Of a DNA stretch of 64,000 bases, positions 26,404 to 35,207 are shown piece after piece; the stretch's first letter is position 1; every line of letters starts with the position of its first letter. The position numbers were made by a program, and so were the translations under genes. Under the pieces are notes generated by a model. The model saw only the letters and a program-made list of their open reading frames with translations. It was not told the origin of the DNA and searched no databases. This DNA is from a virus. Where the stretch lies: positions 27,367 to 91,366 of the IMG/VR virus record IMGVR_UViG_3300017991_000083; one strand, given 5' to 3'.

Positions 26404-28715
26404 TAGAGCTCCCTGACGTCTGCAACCCCGTAGTACATGTGCGTTATCATCCGAGGCGGCAGATCCCCACGGAACGGTTCCGCAGTCCCGCCGCCGGTTG
26501 TGGGCTGAGTCTCTTCGCCAGGCTGCCAGTTGGAGTAGCGGTCCTCAACATTCCGCTCGATGCCGCGGCCGGCATAGTAGCCGAGCTTAGCCCGGATCTT
26601 CGAGGTCGGCTGCACGTAGCCGAAGTGGTAGACCAGTTTGTCTGCCACTACCGCCTCTTTGTAGCCCGTCTCTGAGCGGACCGGGCGGCCCTCGCTGTCG
26701 ACGAACGTATTGAACGACTTCTCGTGATGGAAGCCCTGACTCCAGCGCCACATTCTCGGGATCTTCGACTCCCACTGAGGGCAGCCGACAGCGACCGTTG
26801 TGAAGTTCGTCCAGAAGTGATGGAAGCCCACGCGGACGATTGCCAGCTCACGGTCGTCTACGAACATCTTCATGAGGCGAGCGACGTCTTTCGGCTCCCA
26901 TATCTCGTCGCTATCGACCTTCATGTAGATGTCGCCCGTCACACGCTTGGCGATCGCGTTCTGCATCTCAACCTTGTCCTTCCACCGATGATCCTTGGGC
27001 GGGGGGACGAGAGTGATCTTCTCATCCGGGTCGGGATAGGCCGCGATCTTCTGGAGTGTCGCATCGGTGCTGGAGCCGCGCTCGTCGGCGTGTTGCCACA
27101 TCCCTTCGACTGCCCCCTCGACGATGATGATCTCGTGGGCGAGATCGTAGATGCCGTCGAGCGCCTCCGTGATGTAGGAGTCGCCGTTGAAGACTATCAT
27201 GCCGACGGAGAGCTTCGGGCCGTAGCCCCCTACCCGGAAGATGTCGAGGGACTTCTTGGTGCTCGCCTCGATGGTACACCAGTCCAGAATCCGGTCCCGG
27301 CCTCGGGCCACAGTCGCTGAGACTTCGGCGCGGTTTTCTGGCTCGAGCACCCAGGACACCTTTTCCGCGAAGTCGCCAGGGTCGCCCAGGCGTGCGTAGA
27401 AGACGCCGTCCCCGTAGGAACCACGGAGCACCGGGAGATCGTAAGCGACAACGGGCGTGTTCATGTAGAGCGCCTCTTCGGGGGGCATTCCGAACCCCTC
27501 GAACATGCTCGGGAACAGCAGTACGTCGGCTTTCTTGATGGCCTCGAACTTGGAGCGGTCGTCGACAATGCCCTGAACGTCGACGTAGAGATGGTTCTCA
27601 GCCCACTCGGGCCTCTTGGCGTCGAGCCTCTTCTGCTCGTTCGGGCCGACCTTACCCATCACCGTCACATGTGCCGAGCACTGCAGGGTCTCCGCAAGCG
27701 CATCGAACACCGCGATCGGGTTCTTGAAGTCGACCATCCTGGCACAGAACACGAGCTCGGCCCCGTACTCGGGCTCCTGCTCCCGCTCACGCGCCTCCGC
27801 CCTCGAGAGCTCGTCGTCTATCTCGTCCACATCATCGAAGATGGGATCGGCGATGCCCGCCAGAGTGGCGTCGGCCACAAGCTGGTTGATCGGCGGCTCG
27901 AGCACGAACCAGGGACCCTCGAAATCCGGAAGCCACTGTTGGGCCCATCTCGAGCTTACCGCGGACGGACTCACGATCCCGTCGCAGGTGAGCAGGCACT
28001 TCTTGTAGTTCGCCCAGTACTCCTCTGTCGCATCTCTGCCAGACGGATAGGTCATCCCCTTGAAGTTCGGGCTCTCGAAGAGGATCAGGTAACAGGGAAT
28101 GCCGAAACGCTCGGCGTAGGACTTGGCGAACTGGCCTCCGATGTTCGGCACACCAATGACGAAGTCGAACTCGTTCTCGGAGATGTCCATCCCCCATCGG
28201 GTGTCGACGATGCGCTCGAACCGCTCGAGGTTGTAGCCAAGGAAGTCCTTCTCGAACGGCGCCGGCGTGTTCGTGATGACCTTGACGTCCATGACCTGGG
28301 ACAGGATGACGCCAAGCAGATACATTGAGTAGCGTCCGCCCGTGTAGTGCGGCATCTGCTCCATGAAGATAGCGCAGCTCCGCGGGGCCTTGCTCGGGCC
28401 GTAGGTCAGATACTGGCGTTCTGATGGGAGAGGGATGAAGAGCGGGCTGGTCGCAAGCGCGACGAGCTGCCCGAGCTTGTGCGAGTCAGCGTTCTCGATG
28501 AACTTCTTGGGGATGGTTAGCTGATAGGCAGTAGGCAGTTCTTCAATGGAGATGTCCGGCACATCCTCATCGGCAGCGATGACGGGGCCGGACTCTACTG
28601 GCGTAGGGGCGGTTTCGCCCACAAAGGCCTTGCGACTCTCCAGCGGTGCGCCCCCGCCTTCGACGAAGTTCTTTGTGGGCTCGTCCCGCTCGAGGGACCG
28701 TTTCGTATCTCCCAT
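26403..28715 (-). CDS. bifunctional glycosyltransferase (GT4 plus GT2-like)
   Basis: ADVLLFPSMFEGFGMPPEEA (GT4), then LSVGMIVFN...IIIVEG...STDAT...VDSDEIW (GT-A). Confidence 0.92.
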   Translation of the reverse strand: MGDTKRSLERDEPTKNFVEGGGAPLESRKAFVGETAPTPVESGPVIAADEDVPDISIEELPTAYQLTIPKKFIENADSHKLGQLVALATSPLFIPLPSERQYLTYGPSKAPRSCAIFMEQMPHYTGGRYSMYLLGVILSQVMDVKVITNTPAPFEKDFLGYNLERFERIVDTRWGMDISENEFDFVIGVPNIGGQFAKSYAERFGIPCYLILFESPNFKGMTYPSGRDATEEYWANYKKCLLTCDGIVSPSAVSSRWAQQWLPDFEGPWFVLEPPINQLVADATLAGIADPIFDDVDEIDDELSRAEAREREQEPEYGAELVFCARMVDFKNPIAVFDALAETLQCSAHVTVMGKVGPNEQKRLDAKRPEWAENHLYVDVQGIVDDRSKFEAIKKADVLLFPSMFEGFGMPPEEALYMNTPVVAYDLPVLRGSYGDGVFYARLGDPGDFAEKVSWVLEPENRAEVSATVARGRDRILDWCTIEASTKKSLDIFRVGGYGPKLSVGMIVFNGDSYITEALDGIYDLAHEIIIVEGAVEGMWQHADERGSSTDATLQKIAAYPDPDEKITLVPPPKDHRWKDKVEMQNAIAKRVTGDIYMKVDSDEIWEPKDVARLMKMFVDDRELAIVRVGFHHFWTNFTTVAVGCPQWESKIPRMWRWSQGFHHEKSFNTFVDSEGRPVRSETGYKEAVVADKLVYHFGYVQPTSKIRAKLGYYAGRGIERNVEDRYSNWQPGEETQPTTGGGTAEPFRGDLPPRMITHMYYGVADVREL

Positions 28716-28762
28716 TCCTCCATCGCTTGACCACGACGAGCTGCCTGACGGGGCGCTCTAGG

Positions 28763-29131
28763 CTAGAAGACTCCCATGATACCGACGTTGACTGTCGTTG
28801 CCGTCGACGCTATCCGGCGGACATAGAAATGGTCCTCGGGCTCGTCCAGGACGATGTCGAGCGGGGCCGCGACCCCGACCATAACACGCCCGTTCTCGTG
28901 CGCTGTGTGATCGGTGCCCCACGAGAACCACACCGACCAGGCGGTCGAGACCGATCCGTCGACCACAACCCGTATCCTGCGACACGGCTTCGAGAGAACG
29001 ATCTCAGAGGTCGCGTCGTGAACCACTGCCAGAGCCTCGCCGCAGCAGACCTTGTTCTGTGGAATGACGATCGCGGCCTTGAGGATACTGTCGCCGTCCT
29101 CGAGTTCGTGCTTCCTGACTCCCGGGGGCAT
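28763..29131 (-). CDS. hypothetical protein
   Basis: GGAGGAGG SD; beta-rich, 122 aa. Confidence 0.65.
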   Translation of the reverse strand: MPPGVRKHELEDGDSILKAAIVIPQNKVCCGEALAVVHDATSEIVLSKPCRRIRVVVDGSVSTAWSVWFSWGTDHTAHENGRVMVGVAAPLDIVLDEPEDHFYVRRIASTATTVNVGIMGVF

Positions 29132-29135
29132 AGTC

Positions 29136-29432
29136 CTACCCTCCTCCAGATGACATCGCCCGTGCAACGGCTCCCAGGGCGGCCGTTATCTTGTCGAGAT
29201 TCGCCAGAACGGCAACGATCAGGCCAGTGGACCCGCCCGATATCGCAGCCCGTCTACTCAGCTCTCCCTTGATGCGCTCGTCAGCCAGGCGGAGATCGAT
29301 GACCTCCCTCTTGAGCTGCTTGCGCTCCTCTTCGGCCCGTTCCAGGGCGTTGAGCAGCAGTCGACGGTACTCTGCGAACTCACCGTTGCCGTGCCCGTTC
29401 CCGCCTCCGTTGCCGTTGCTAACAGGGACCAT
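29136..29432 (-). CDS. coiled-coil protein with a C-terminal hydrophobic segment (XhlA/holin-like architecture)
   Basis: Coiled coil followed by GGSTGLIVAVLA; GGAGG SD. Confidence 0.5.
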   Translation of the reverse strand: MVPVSNGNGGGNGHGNGEFAEYRRLLLNALERAEEERKQLKREVIDLRLADERIKGELSRRAAISGGSTGLIVAVLANLDKITAALGAVARAMSSGGG

Positions 29433-29880
29433 CGGGCCAGCCCTCCAGCTCCCCAGGGTCTGTGGTGTAGATGATGCCAATCATCCAAGTCTCGCAGTCG
29501 GCTATGAAGGTATGGACCTGACCCGGTTCCAGAATGGCCTCATCTCCAGGAAGGAGCTCGAAGGACCTGTTGTCTATCGTCAGAGTGCCGCCACCATCCA
29601 GGATGATGAGCCACTCCTTGCCTACATGTGCATGGTCCGGGAACGATGCCCCGGCCGCGAAGTACGCCTTCTGCCCGGCGCTCACGCGATTCTTCCACAG
29701 CCCGAACCCGAATACGGTTCCGCATCCGGGCTGAGATAGATCTACAAATGATACACCCTTCGGCGCGAGTTCGAGCTCGCTCAGGCGAGGCGTCAGAGCG
29801 CGGAGTTTGTCCAGCGGGGTAGACTCCAGGCTCTGCTCTTGGTCGTGCTGTTCAAGTGCTGGTGCTGAATGCTCAGGCAT
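29419..29880 (-). CDS. cupin-domain protein
   Basis: FPDHAH...EWLIILDG and LLPGD...PGQVHTF cupin motifs. Confidence 0.85.
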   Translation of the reverse strand: MPEHSAPALEQHDQEQSLESTPLDKLRALTPRLSELELAPKGVSFVDLSQPGCGTVFGFGLWKNRVSAGQKAYFAAGASFPDHAHVGKEWLIILDGGGTLTIDNRSFELLPGDEAILEPGQVHTFIADCETWMIGIIYTTDPGELEGWPDGPC

Positions 29881-29898
29881 GAAGCCCCCAGGTTCGTG

Positions 29899-29933
29899 GC
29901 GCCCGCCGCGATGTGTCGGACCGCGGCGGGCGC
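29899..29933 (-). terminator. 12-bp GC hairpin after the capsid gene
   Basis: GCGCCCGCCGCG-N11-CGCGGCGGGCGC; no U-tract. Confidence 0.45.
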
Positions 29934-29956
29934 ACACGCTATCTACTCGAGACGGC

Positions 29957-30943
29957 CTAGCTCGTGGAGCTCGGGTGCTCGAGGTTGTAGATCTGGCACA
30001 GCGCCGCGTGATGCTCGACGTTGAAGTCCATCCTCACGCTGATGACCGACCTGCGAGCGTCGTAGTGGATGACCTCCTCCGACTTGAACTTGATGAGCCG
30101 CCTGTCACCGATGACAGGGTTCTGCACATGCGTCATCACGCCGCCGCCGTCAGGAAGGTAGTTGCTCGCGAAGACGGTGATCTTCCCGTAGAGCTTCCCG
30201 AACTCGCCGGAGTGGATGGTCGCGTTCGGACCGTACTTGTCGACGGTCACGAGCTTCGCATCGTCCAGGAGCTGGTTCACGCTCCACGGATTGAGGAAGA
30301 CGACCAGGTCCTGCATCTTGCGCCCGTACTTGCCGAGGTTGAACATCGCCTCGCGCAGGAACGCTGTACTCATCGCAGCGCCATTCGCGTTGACTCTCGG
30401 AGCCGAAGACGCGACGCGGCCGGCGCGAGTGTAGAGCCCGTCCCAGGTCGTCCTGTGGTCCTTCGTGAACCAGTTGGCGTCCGTCGCGAGCGCCTCGGTG
30501 GCGGCCGTAGCCGTGTGGGTGGTATCACCCACGAGCATGGCCTCCTCCTCAGCCTCCGCGATAGCAGCGCCGAACTGGTCACGGACGATTGCCTGGAAGT
30601 CCGTGTTGGCGTCCTCGTAGAGCTCTTCACTGACCATCATCTGCGACATGAGCTTCTTCGCCGTCAGGCGAATCGTGCCCGTAGTGAAGCTGGTCTCGGT
30701 CGCCTCGGCAGCCTGGGTCGACTGATGGTAGACCTTGGCCGCACTCAGAACCTTCGGGAAGTCGAGCGTCATGCTCGTCATCGTGACGGTCCTGAAGATC
30801 TGACGGCAGACGTTCCTCTCCCTCACGAAGTCGATAAACTCATCGGCCAGTGGGGTCGGAAGGAAGTCGCCGCCGGTGCCGGCCGTAGTGTTCATCGCCT
30901 TTCGCAGGGCATCGCCGAGCGTACCGATTTTCCTCTTAGCCAC
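29957..30943 (-). CDS. major capsid protein (HK97 fold)
   Basis: GGDFLPTPLADEFI, LTAKKL...VSEELYED, GKLYG and VIGDRR; GAGGAGGTG SD. Confidence 0.93.
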   Translation of the reverse strand: MAKRKIGTLGDALRKAMNTTAGTGGDFLPTPLADEFIDFVRERNVCRQIFRTVTMTSMTLDFPKVLSAAKVYHQSTQAAEATETSFTTGTIRLTAKKLMSQMMVSEELYEDANTDFQAIVRDQFGAAIAEAEEEAMLVGDTTHTATAATEALATDANWFTKDHRTTWDGLYTRAGRVASSAPRVNANGAAMSTAFLREAMFNLGKYGRKMQDLVVFLNPWSVNQLLDDAKLVTVDKYGPNATIHSGEFGKLYGKITVFASNYLPDGGGVMTHVQNPVIGDRRLIKFKSEEVIHYDARRSVISVRMDFNVEHHAALCQIYNLEHPSSTS

Positions 30944-31012
30944 GTTAGTTTCACCTCCTCTCGTATAGAATCTATGCAGCGGCGTTTCCGCCCCGCGAAG
31001 TGTACCTATGTG

Positions 31013-31756
31013 CTACGACCGCGAATGCAGGTGCATCCAGCGGCTGAGCAGTGCCTTCCGAACGTCCTTGTCCAGAGACTTGAAGACGTCCGCGTCGTCC
31101 TCGCCGATGTCCATCAGGGTCTCGTCCGGGACGTCCTCGGCCTTCTTCACCTTGCTGAAGTCAAAGCCCTCGGAAGCGTCCACGTCGGCGCCCTTCTCAA
31201 CCAGACGGCTACGCTTCCCGACCCTGACGATCTCCAGCTCGGACATGCGCTTGGCGACCCCGGCCTCCACGGCCTTGGCGATCCGCTTGTCCAGATCCTC
31301 GCCGAGCTTCTTGACGAGAGAAGTCGTAAGAGCCTCGACGTCGACGGACTTCTCAGCGGCATCGTCTTCCTCCTCCTCCTCCTCCTCCTCCTCTTCCTCT
31401 TCCTCGTCGTCATCGCCGCCCTCGTCCTCGTCGTCCTCGGGCTCTTCCTCCTCGTCGTCCTCGCCCTCTTCGTCCTCGGTCTCCTCGGCCTCTTCCTCCT
31501 CGTCGTCCTCAGACTCGTCGTCGCCCTCGTCGACCTCTTCGGTCTCCTCGGCCTCCTCCTCGCCCTCGGTCTCCTCGGTCTCTTCGGTCTCCTCGGTTTC
31601 CTCGGCCTCGTCAAGGGCCTTGCCGAACGCCTCGGCGAGCGCGTCCTCTACCGCGCCCTCGAGATCAGGCATGATCTCCGCCTTCGCAAGCTGGACGATC
31701 TCGCCCAGGTTGATGAGATCGATACCGCCGGCCTCGTCCTTGCTCTTCTTCGCCAA
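31013..31756 (-). CDS. acidic capsid scaffolding protein
   Basis: Between protease and capsid; long Glu/Asp tract; AGGGGGTG SD with TTG start. Confidence 0.7.
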   Translation of the reverse strand: MAKKSKDEAGGIDLINLGEIVQLAKAEIMPDLEGAVEDALAEAFGKALDEAEETEETEETEETEGEEEAEETEEVDEGDDESEDDEEEEAEETEDEEGEDDEEEEPEDDEDEGGDDDEEEEEEEEEEEEEDDAAEKSVDVEALTTSLVKKLGEDLDKRIAKAVEAGVAKRMSELEIVRVGKRSRLVEKGADVDASEGFDFSKVKKAEDVPDETLMDIGEDDADVFKSLDKDVRKALLSRWMHLHSRS

Positions 31757-31797
31757 TCAGTTCACCCCCTCTCACCGTAGTCTTTCGGGCAGCAGGT

Positions 31798-33615
31798 TCA
31801 CTGCTGGTATGGCTCCTGGCCGAACAGGTCGCTCACGACCTTCCCGATGAGCTCTGAGCCGATATGGCCCATGCTCGTACTGATCGCCTTCCGGAGAGCC
31901 ACCTTCTGGTTGCCGTCCAGATTGCGTATGTCGATGTCCTTCGCGAGCCTCACGATCGCACTGCGAAGCTCATCGAGAACGTCCGTGTCCTTCAGGACGT
32001 ACTCGACACTGCACTTCACACAGAGCTCTATGCCCTCGCGTGCCACGCTCTTCTCGAGGCCGAGAGCCTTCCTGTGCCTCTGGACGTGCTGGATCGCAGC
32101 CTGCGGGCCGCGCTGACCAGACCTGGCGCCCATAAGGGCACTCCAGGCCGCGATGACGCCGCCACGATGGCACAGCATGTCGCCCGTCGTGTAGACGCCA
32201 AGGTCACTCAGCTTGCCGCCTCCCTTCACCCAATGATGGGGGTACTTCCAGGTCGACTTCTTGTTCGCTTCCCCGGTGACGGCATGTGCGCCGCGGGGGA
32301 GCTTCGTCTTGTCGACGCTGCCCCACGAGGGCTCATTGGAGTCGATCTTGCTGTTGTGAGTCAGAGCCTTGTCCATGCGCTCACCGTCGTCGCTCTTCGC
32401 CATCTCCGCCGACTCGTCACCGTCCGCGTCGTCCTCGTCCTCGACCTCGTCGTCAAGACCGCCTCGGAACGACTTGACGGCTCGGACCAGGGACAGGTCC
32501 TCGGCATCCGGATTCGAGGGCATCGATGTGATGGAGTACTCGGCGAGCTCGCCGTCCATGATCGTCGGGACCTCTCTGCCGTGTTCCTGGTAGAAGACGT
32601 CCTCGACCTTCGTCACCCATCCCGCCACGGAATACCCAAGGGTCGTTCCGTGCTCGAGCTTCATGACGATGTCCGACACTACCCTGTTGCCACGTTCCTT
32701 GACGGGATCCCACTGCGGCTCGAGATGGGTCCAGGCCTTGAACGCCCGTCCATCCCTGATGAGCTCGGTCTCCGTGCAGACCCCGACTGTGTGCTGGATT
32801 CCGTACCTGTGCTCCTCGTAGACGTTCAGTCCCTTGGCCATCGCAGCCATCTTCTGAACGAACGCCGCGGCCATGATCTCCCCGTCACGGTCGAGCGAAT
32901 CGCTGCTCGCGATGCCGCAGACGTAGAGCCCGTCCTTCCGCTTCTCGAGAATGCACTTGCTTCCGCCCTCGGCATTCTTGGCCATCTCGAACGGGACGAA
33001 GACCCGGAAGTAGCCGGGGCGCTTCCTGCGCCGCTTCTCTTCCTGTTCCCATTCCCGGTCGAGATCCTTGGGGCTCGAGCTCTTCATGATGACCCCCTTA
33101 GTGTCCAGGTCCAGGGGCTCGCCATCCGCGCACTGGTGCAGTGCCTTCGTGAGAGCCTCGCCCATCCGACGGCGCCGGCCGTGCCGGCGGCTCTTCTTGT
33201 AGTGCCATTCGCCGTCGTAGTAGCTGTAGAGCTTCTTGACCGCGTCCCACGCCTCGTTGCAGCGCCGTTCGCGGGATGATGCCGTGCTCCGGTTGTAGAC
33301 GTCAGCCCACAGCTTCATGCCGAAGATGGGGAGCTCCTGCACGTCGTCGGGGAGCTCGTCGGATCGTTGGTAGGTGTCCTGCAGAGGGACTCGGGTCTTC
33401 TTCGCGTGCCAGCGACCGTCCTCGAGATAGAACCGGCGCCGGACGGCACGCCAGCCGGCGTCGTCACACAGCTTCGCCTGATCCGCGCCATTCTTGAACG
33501 GCCGATTCGATCGGGCGTTGTATCCGAAGACGTAGGCTTTCTGAACGCCTGGCCCATGCGTTTTGACCGCATCGGGCACGTCACCAGGGAAGCTGAGCTT
33601 CGCTATCTTGGACAT
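31798..33615 (-). CDS. prohead protease with two N-terminal ChaB-like repeats and a C-terminal accessory domain
   Basis: GIASSDSLDRDGE, EEH, GYSVAG and EYSITSMPSNP (HK97-type protease); ELPDDVQ...WADVYN...AWDAVKKLY...GEW (ChaB-like). Confidence 0.85.
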   Translation of the reverse strand: MSKIAKLSFPGDVPDAVKTHGPGVQKAYVFGYNARSNRPFKNGADQAKLCDDAGWRAVRRRFYLEDGRWHAKKTRVPLQDTYQRSDELPDDVQELPIFGMKLWADVYNRSTASSRERRCNEAWDAVKKLYSYYDGEWHYKKSRRHGRRRRMGEALTKALHQCADGEPLDLDTKGVIMKSSSPKDLDREWEQEEKRRRKRPGYFRVFVPFEMAKNAEGGSKCILEKRKDGLYVCGIASSDSLDRDGEIMAAAFVQKMAAMAKGLNVYEEHRYGIQHTVGVCTETELIRDGRAFKAWTHLEPQWDPVKERGNRVVSDIVMKLEHGTTLGYSVAGWVTKVEDVFYQEHGREVPTIMDGELAEYSITSMPSNPDAEDLSLVRAVKSFRGGLDDEVEDEDDADGDESAEMAKSDDGERMDKALTHNSKIDSNEPSWGSVDKTKLPRGAHAVTGEANKKSTWKYPHHWVKGGGKLSDLGVYTTGDMLCHRGGVIAAWSALMGARSGQRGPQAAIQHVQRHRKALGLEKSVAREGIELCVKCSVEYVLKDTDVLDELRSAIVRLAKDIDIRNLDGNQKVALRKAISTSMGHIGSELIGKVVSDLFGQEPYQQ

Positions 33616-33632
33616 CCGAACCCTCTCTCTTG

Positions 33633-33700
33633 GCTGTTCAACATCTGAACACCTACTCTGCATAAGGGCTTCGTCAACTGTAAGCAAGACTGAAAGTGCT
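33633..33700 (-). promoter_or_regulatory. conserved late-module regulatory element, copy 2
   Basis: TGTTCA-ACATC-TGAACA (33635-33651) and AAGCAAGACTGAAAGTGCT (33682-33700). Confidence 0.6.
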
Positions 33701-35204
33701 ACGCCGGGCGTCTGAGACCGGCGATCTTATACTCTCCGCCCCTCAGTCGAGACACGACGATGTCGTTCTGGTGCGACTTCTGTGTCACGTCCTGGATGAA
33801 CTCGAGTGTCATGCGCCGGCCCTCGTCGGTATCGGTGTGCTCGGCCTCCTGATGTACATAGGACTCCAGGTCTTCCCGCCCGACGATGGCGAGCATCCGG
33901 TTGAACACCTGATGCTGGAGCGTCCCGGTCTCGAAGGGGTTCTTCACGTCCTCGGGCGGCGCGGTCATCATGTAGTAGGCAACCGCGTTCCGCCAGGCGA
34001 GCTCGGTCATGGCCTCGAGCTGCTCCGGCGTTGACTCCTCGAGTGCCGACGGGGGCAGGGCCTTCTCGACGTACGGTCGAGGATCGAGTCCAAGCAGCTC
34101 GATCAGCGGCAGCATCTCGGCGTGATCTGCCAGGGACCAGCCCGGGCCCAGGATCTGGTAGCTGAGCTCGAGCGCTTCCGGCCCTGCCTCTGGCACGGCG
34201 ATCTCGAACATGAGCTCGGTCGGCTCCCCAATGACGGGTCGCCAGGTGCAGCGGCACCGGCAGTGCAGGGGCAGCATCCCCGATGCGTCCTCGACGGAAT
34301 AGACCTGATCGTGTTCCGCAAGGCAATCGGGGCATGTGCGATGGTCGTCGGTCGCCGTGTACTGGACGTAGCCGACACCCGTCTGCCGGTAGCCCTCGAG
34401 CTTCCCCTCGTTGTACCAGCGCAGGACCTCGGTCCTGGCCGTGATAGTCGCCCAATTCGAGGCCTCCAGGTTGTACTCGTAGCCGCGGCGTAGAACCTCG
34501 TCAGTCACGGGGTCGATGAGCGGCTCTACCGCGATCGGGATGGGCTTGTTCCAGACCGCCAGGATGCGATCGCGGATCACCGGGATGGACTCGCCCTGGC
34601 GCAGCCCCTCGACGAGTGCCGCCTTGATCTGGTCCGAGATGTGCAGTGCGATGTGCGCCGAGAGCTGCAGGATGTACTCTTCGGCTATCTGGACGGTCAG
34701 CGGATCGCGCATCTCGAACTCGATGGGGATCTCGAACTCGGCGAACGCGCTGTCGCCGCCGGCCTTCAGGGCCTCGAACAGGTTCGCGGCGAAGATGTTG
34801 CGGTAGGGCTCGTAGTCGACATAGCTGATGGTCCTGATGGCATCGGACGCGATGTCCTGCTTCTGGAGCCATCGGCGGACGGGTGCCGGCATGGGCCGGC
34901 GCTCGAAGACGGTCTCGATCTGGTAGGGATGCTTCCAGGGGAACTCTTTGACTCGCTTCTCGACCTTGCGGCCCTTGAGGTAGCTGAAGGCCTCTTTCCT
35001 GGCCTTTTCGGTCATGTGCTTATCGAACAGGGCCAGGCACCGATCGCGCTGAGTCTCGAGGACGCGCATGAGCGCGACCTCTATCCAGAGCTGCTGGAGC
35101 ATCGTCCACTGGTAGAGGGGCGCATCGGGATCGAAGAACCGATCCCACACGTCGACCCGGCGCGAGCCGGTTATCTGTTCTGCGAGCTGTTCCTTCAGCG
35201 GCAT
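33699..35204 (-). CDS. Mu gpF/SPP1 gp7-like minor head protein
   Basis: EGLRQGESI, TARTE, DDHRTCPDC and PLHCRCRC. Confidence 0.9.
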   Translation of the reverse strand: MPLKEQLAEQITGSRRVDVWDRFFDPDAPLYQWTMLQQLWIEVALMRVLETQRDRCLALFDKHMTEKARKEAFSYLKGRKVEKRVKEFPWKHPYQIETVFERRPMPAPVRRWLQKQDIASDAIRTISYVDYEPYRNIFAANLFEALKAGGDSAFAEFEIPIEFEMRDPLTVQIAEEYILQLSAHIALHISDQIKAALVEGLRQGESIPVIRDRILAVWNKPIPIAVEPLIDPVTDEVLRRGYEYNLEASNWATITARTEVLRWYNEGKLEGYRQTGVGYVQYTATDDHRTCPDCLAEHDQVYSVEDASGMLPLHCRCRCTWRPVIGEPTELMFEIAVPEAGPEALELSYQILGPGWSLADHAEMLPLIELLGLDPRPYVEKALPPSALEESTPEQLEAMTELAWRNAVAYYMMTAPPEDVKNPFETGTLQHQVFNRMLAIVGREDLESYVHQEAEHTDTDEGRRMTLEFIQDVTQKSHQNDIVVSRLRGGEYKIAGLRRPA

Positions 35205-35207
35205 CGT

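Noticed and set aside
21596-28715. GT cluster as a captured host polysaccharide locus or DNA hypermodification system
   Set aside because: No transport, polymerase or sugar-synthesis genes and no base hydroxymethylase in the window; codon style and coupling match the phage. DNA modification is disfavoured, not excluded
31360-31620. TCC/TCG microsatellite-like tract
   Set aside because: Explained by the Glu/Asp-rich linker of the scaffold protein
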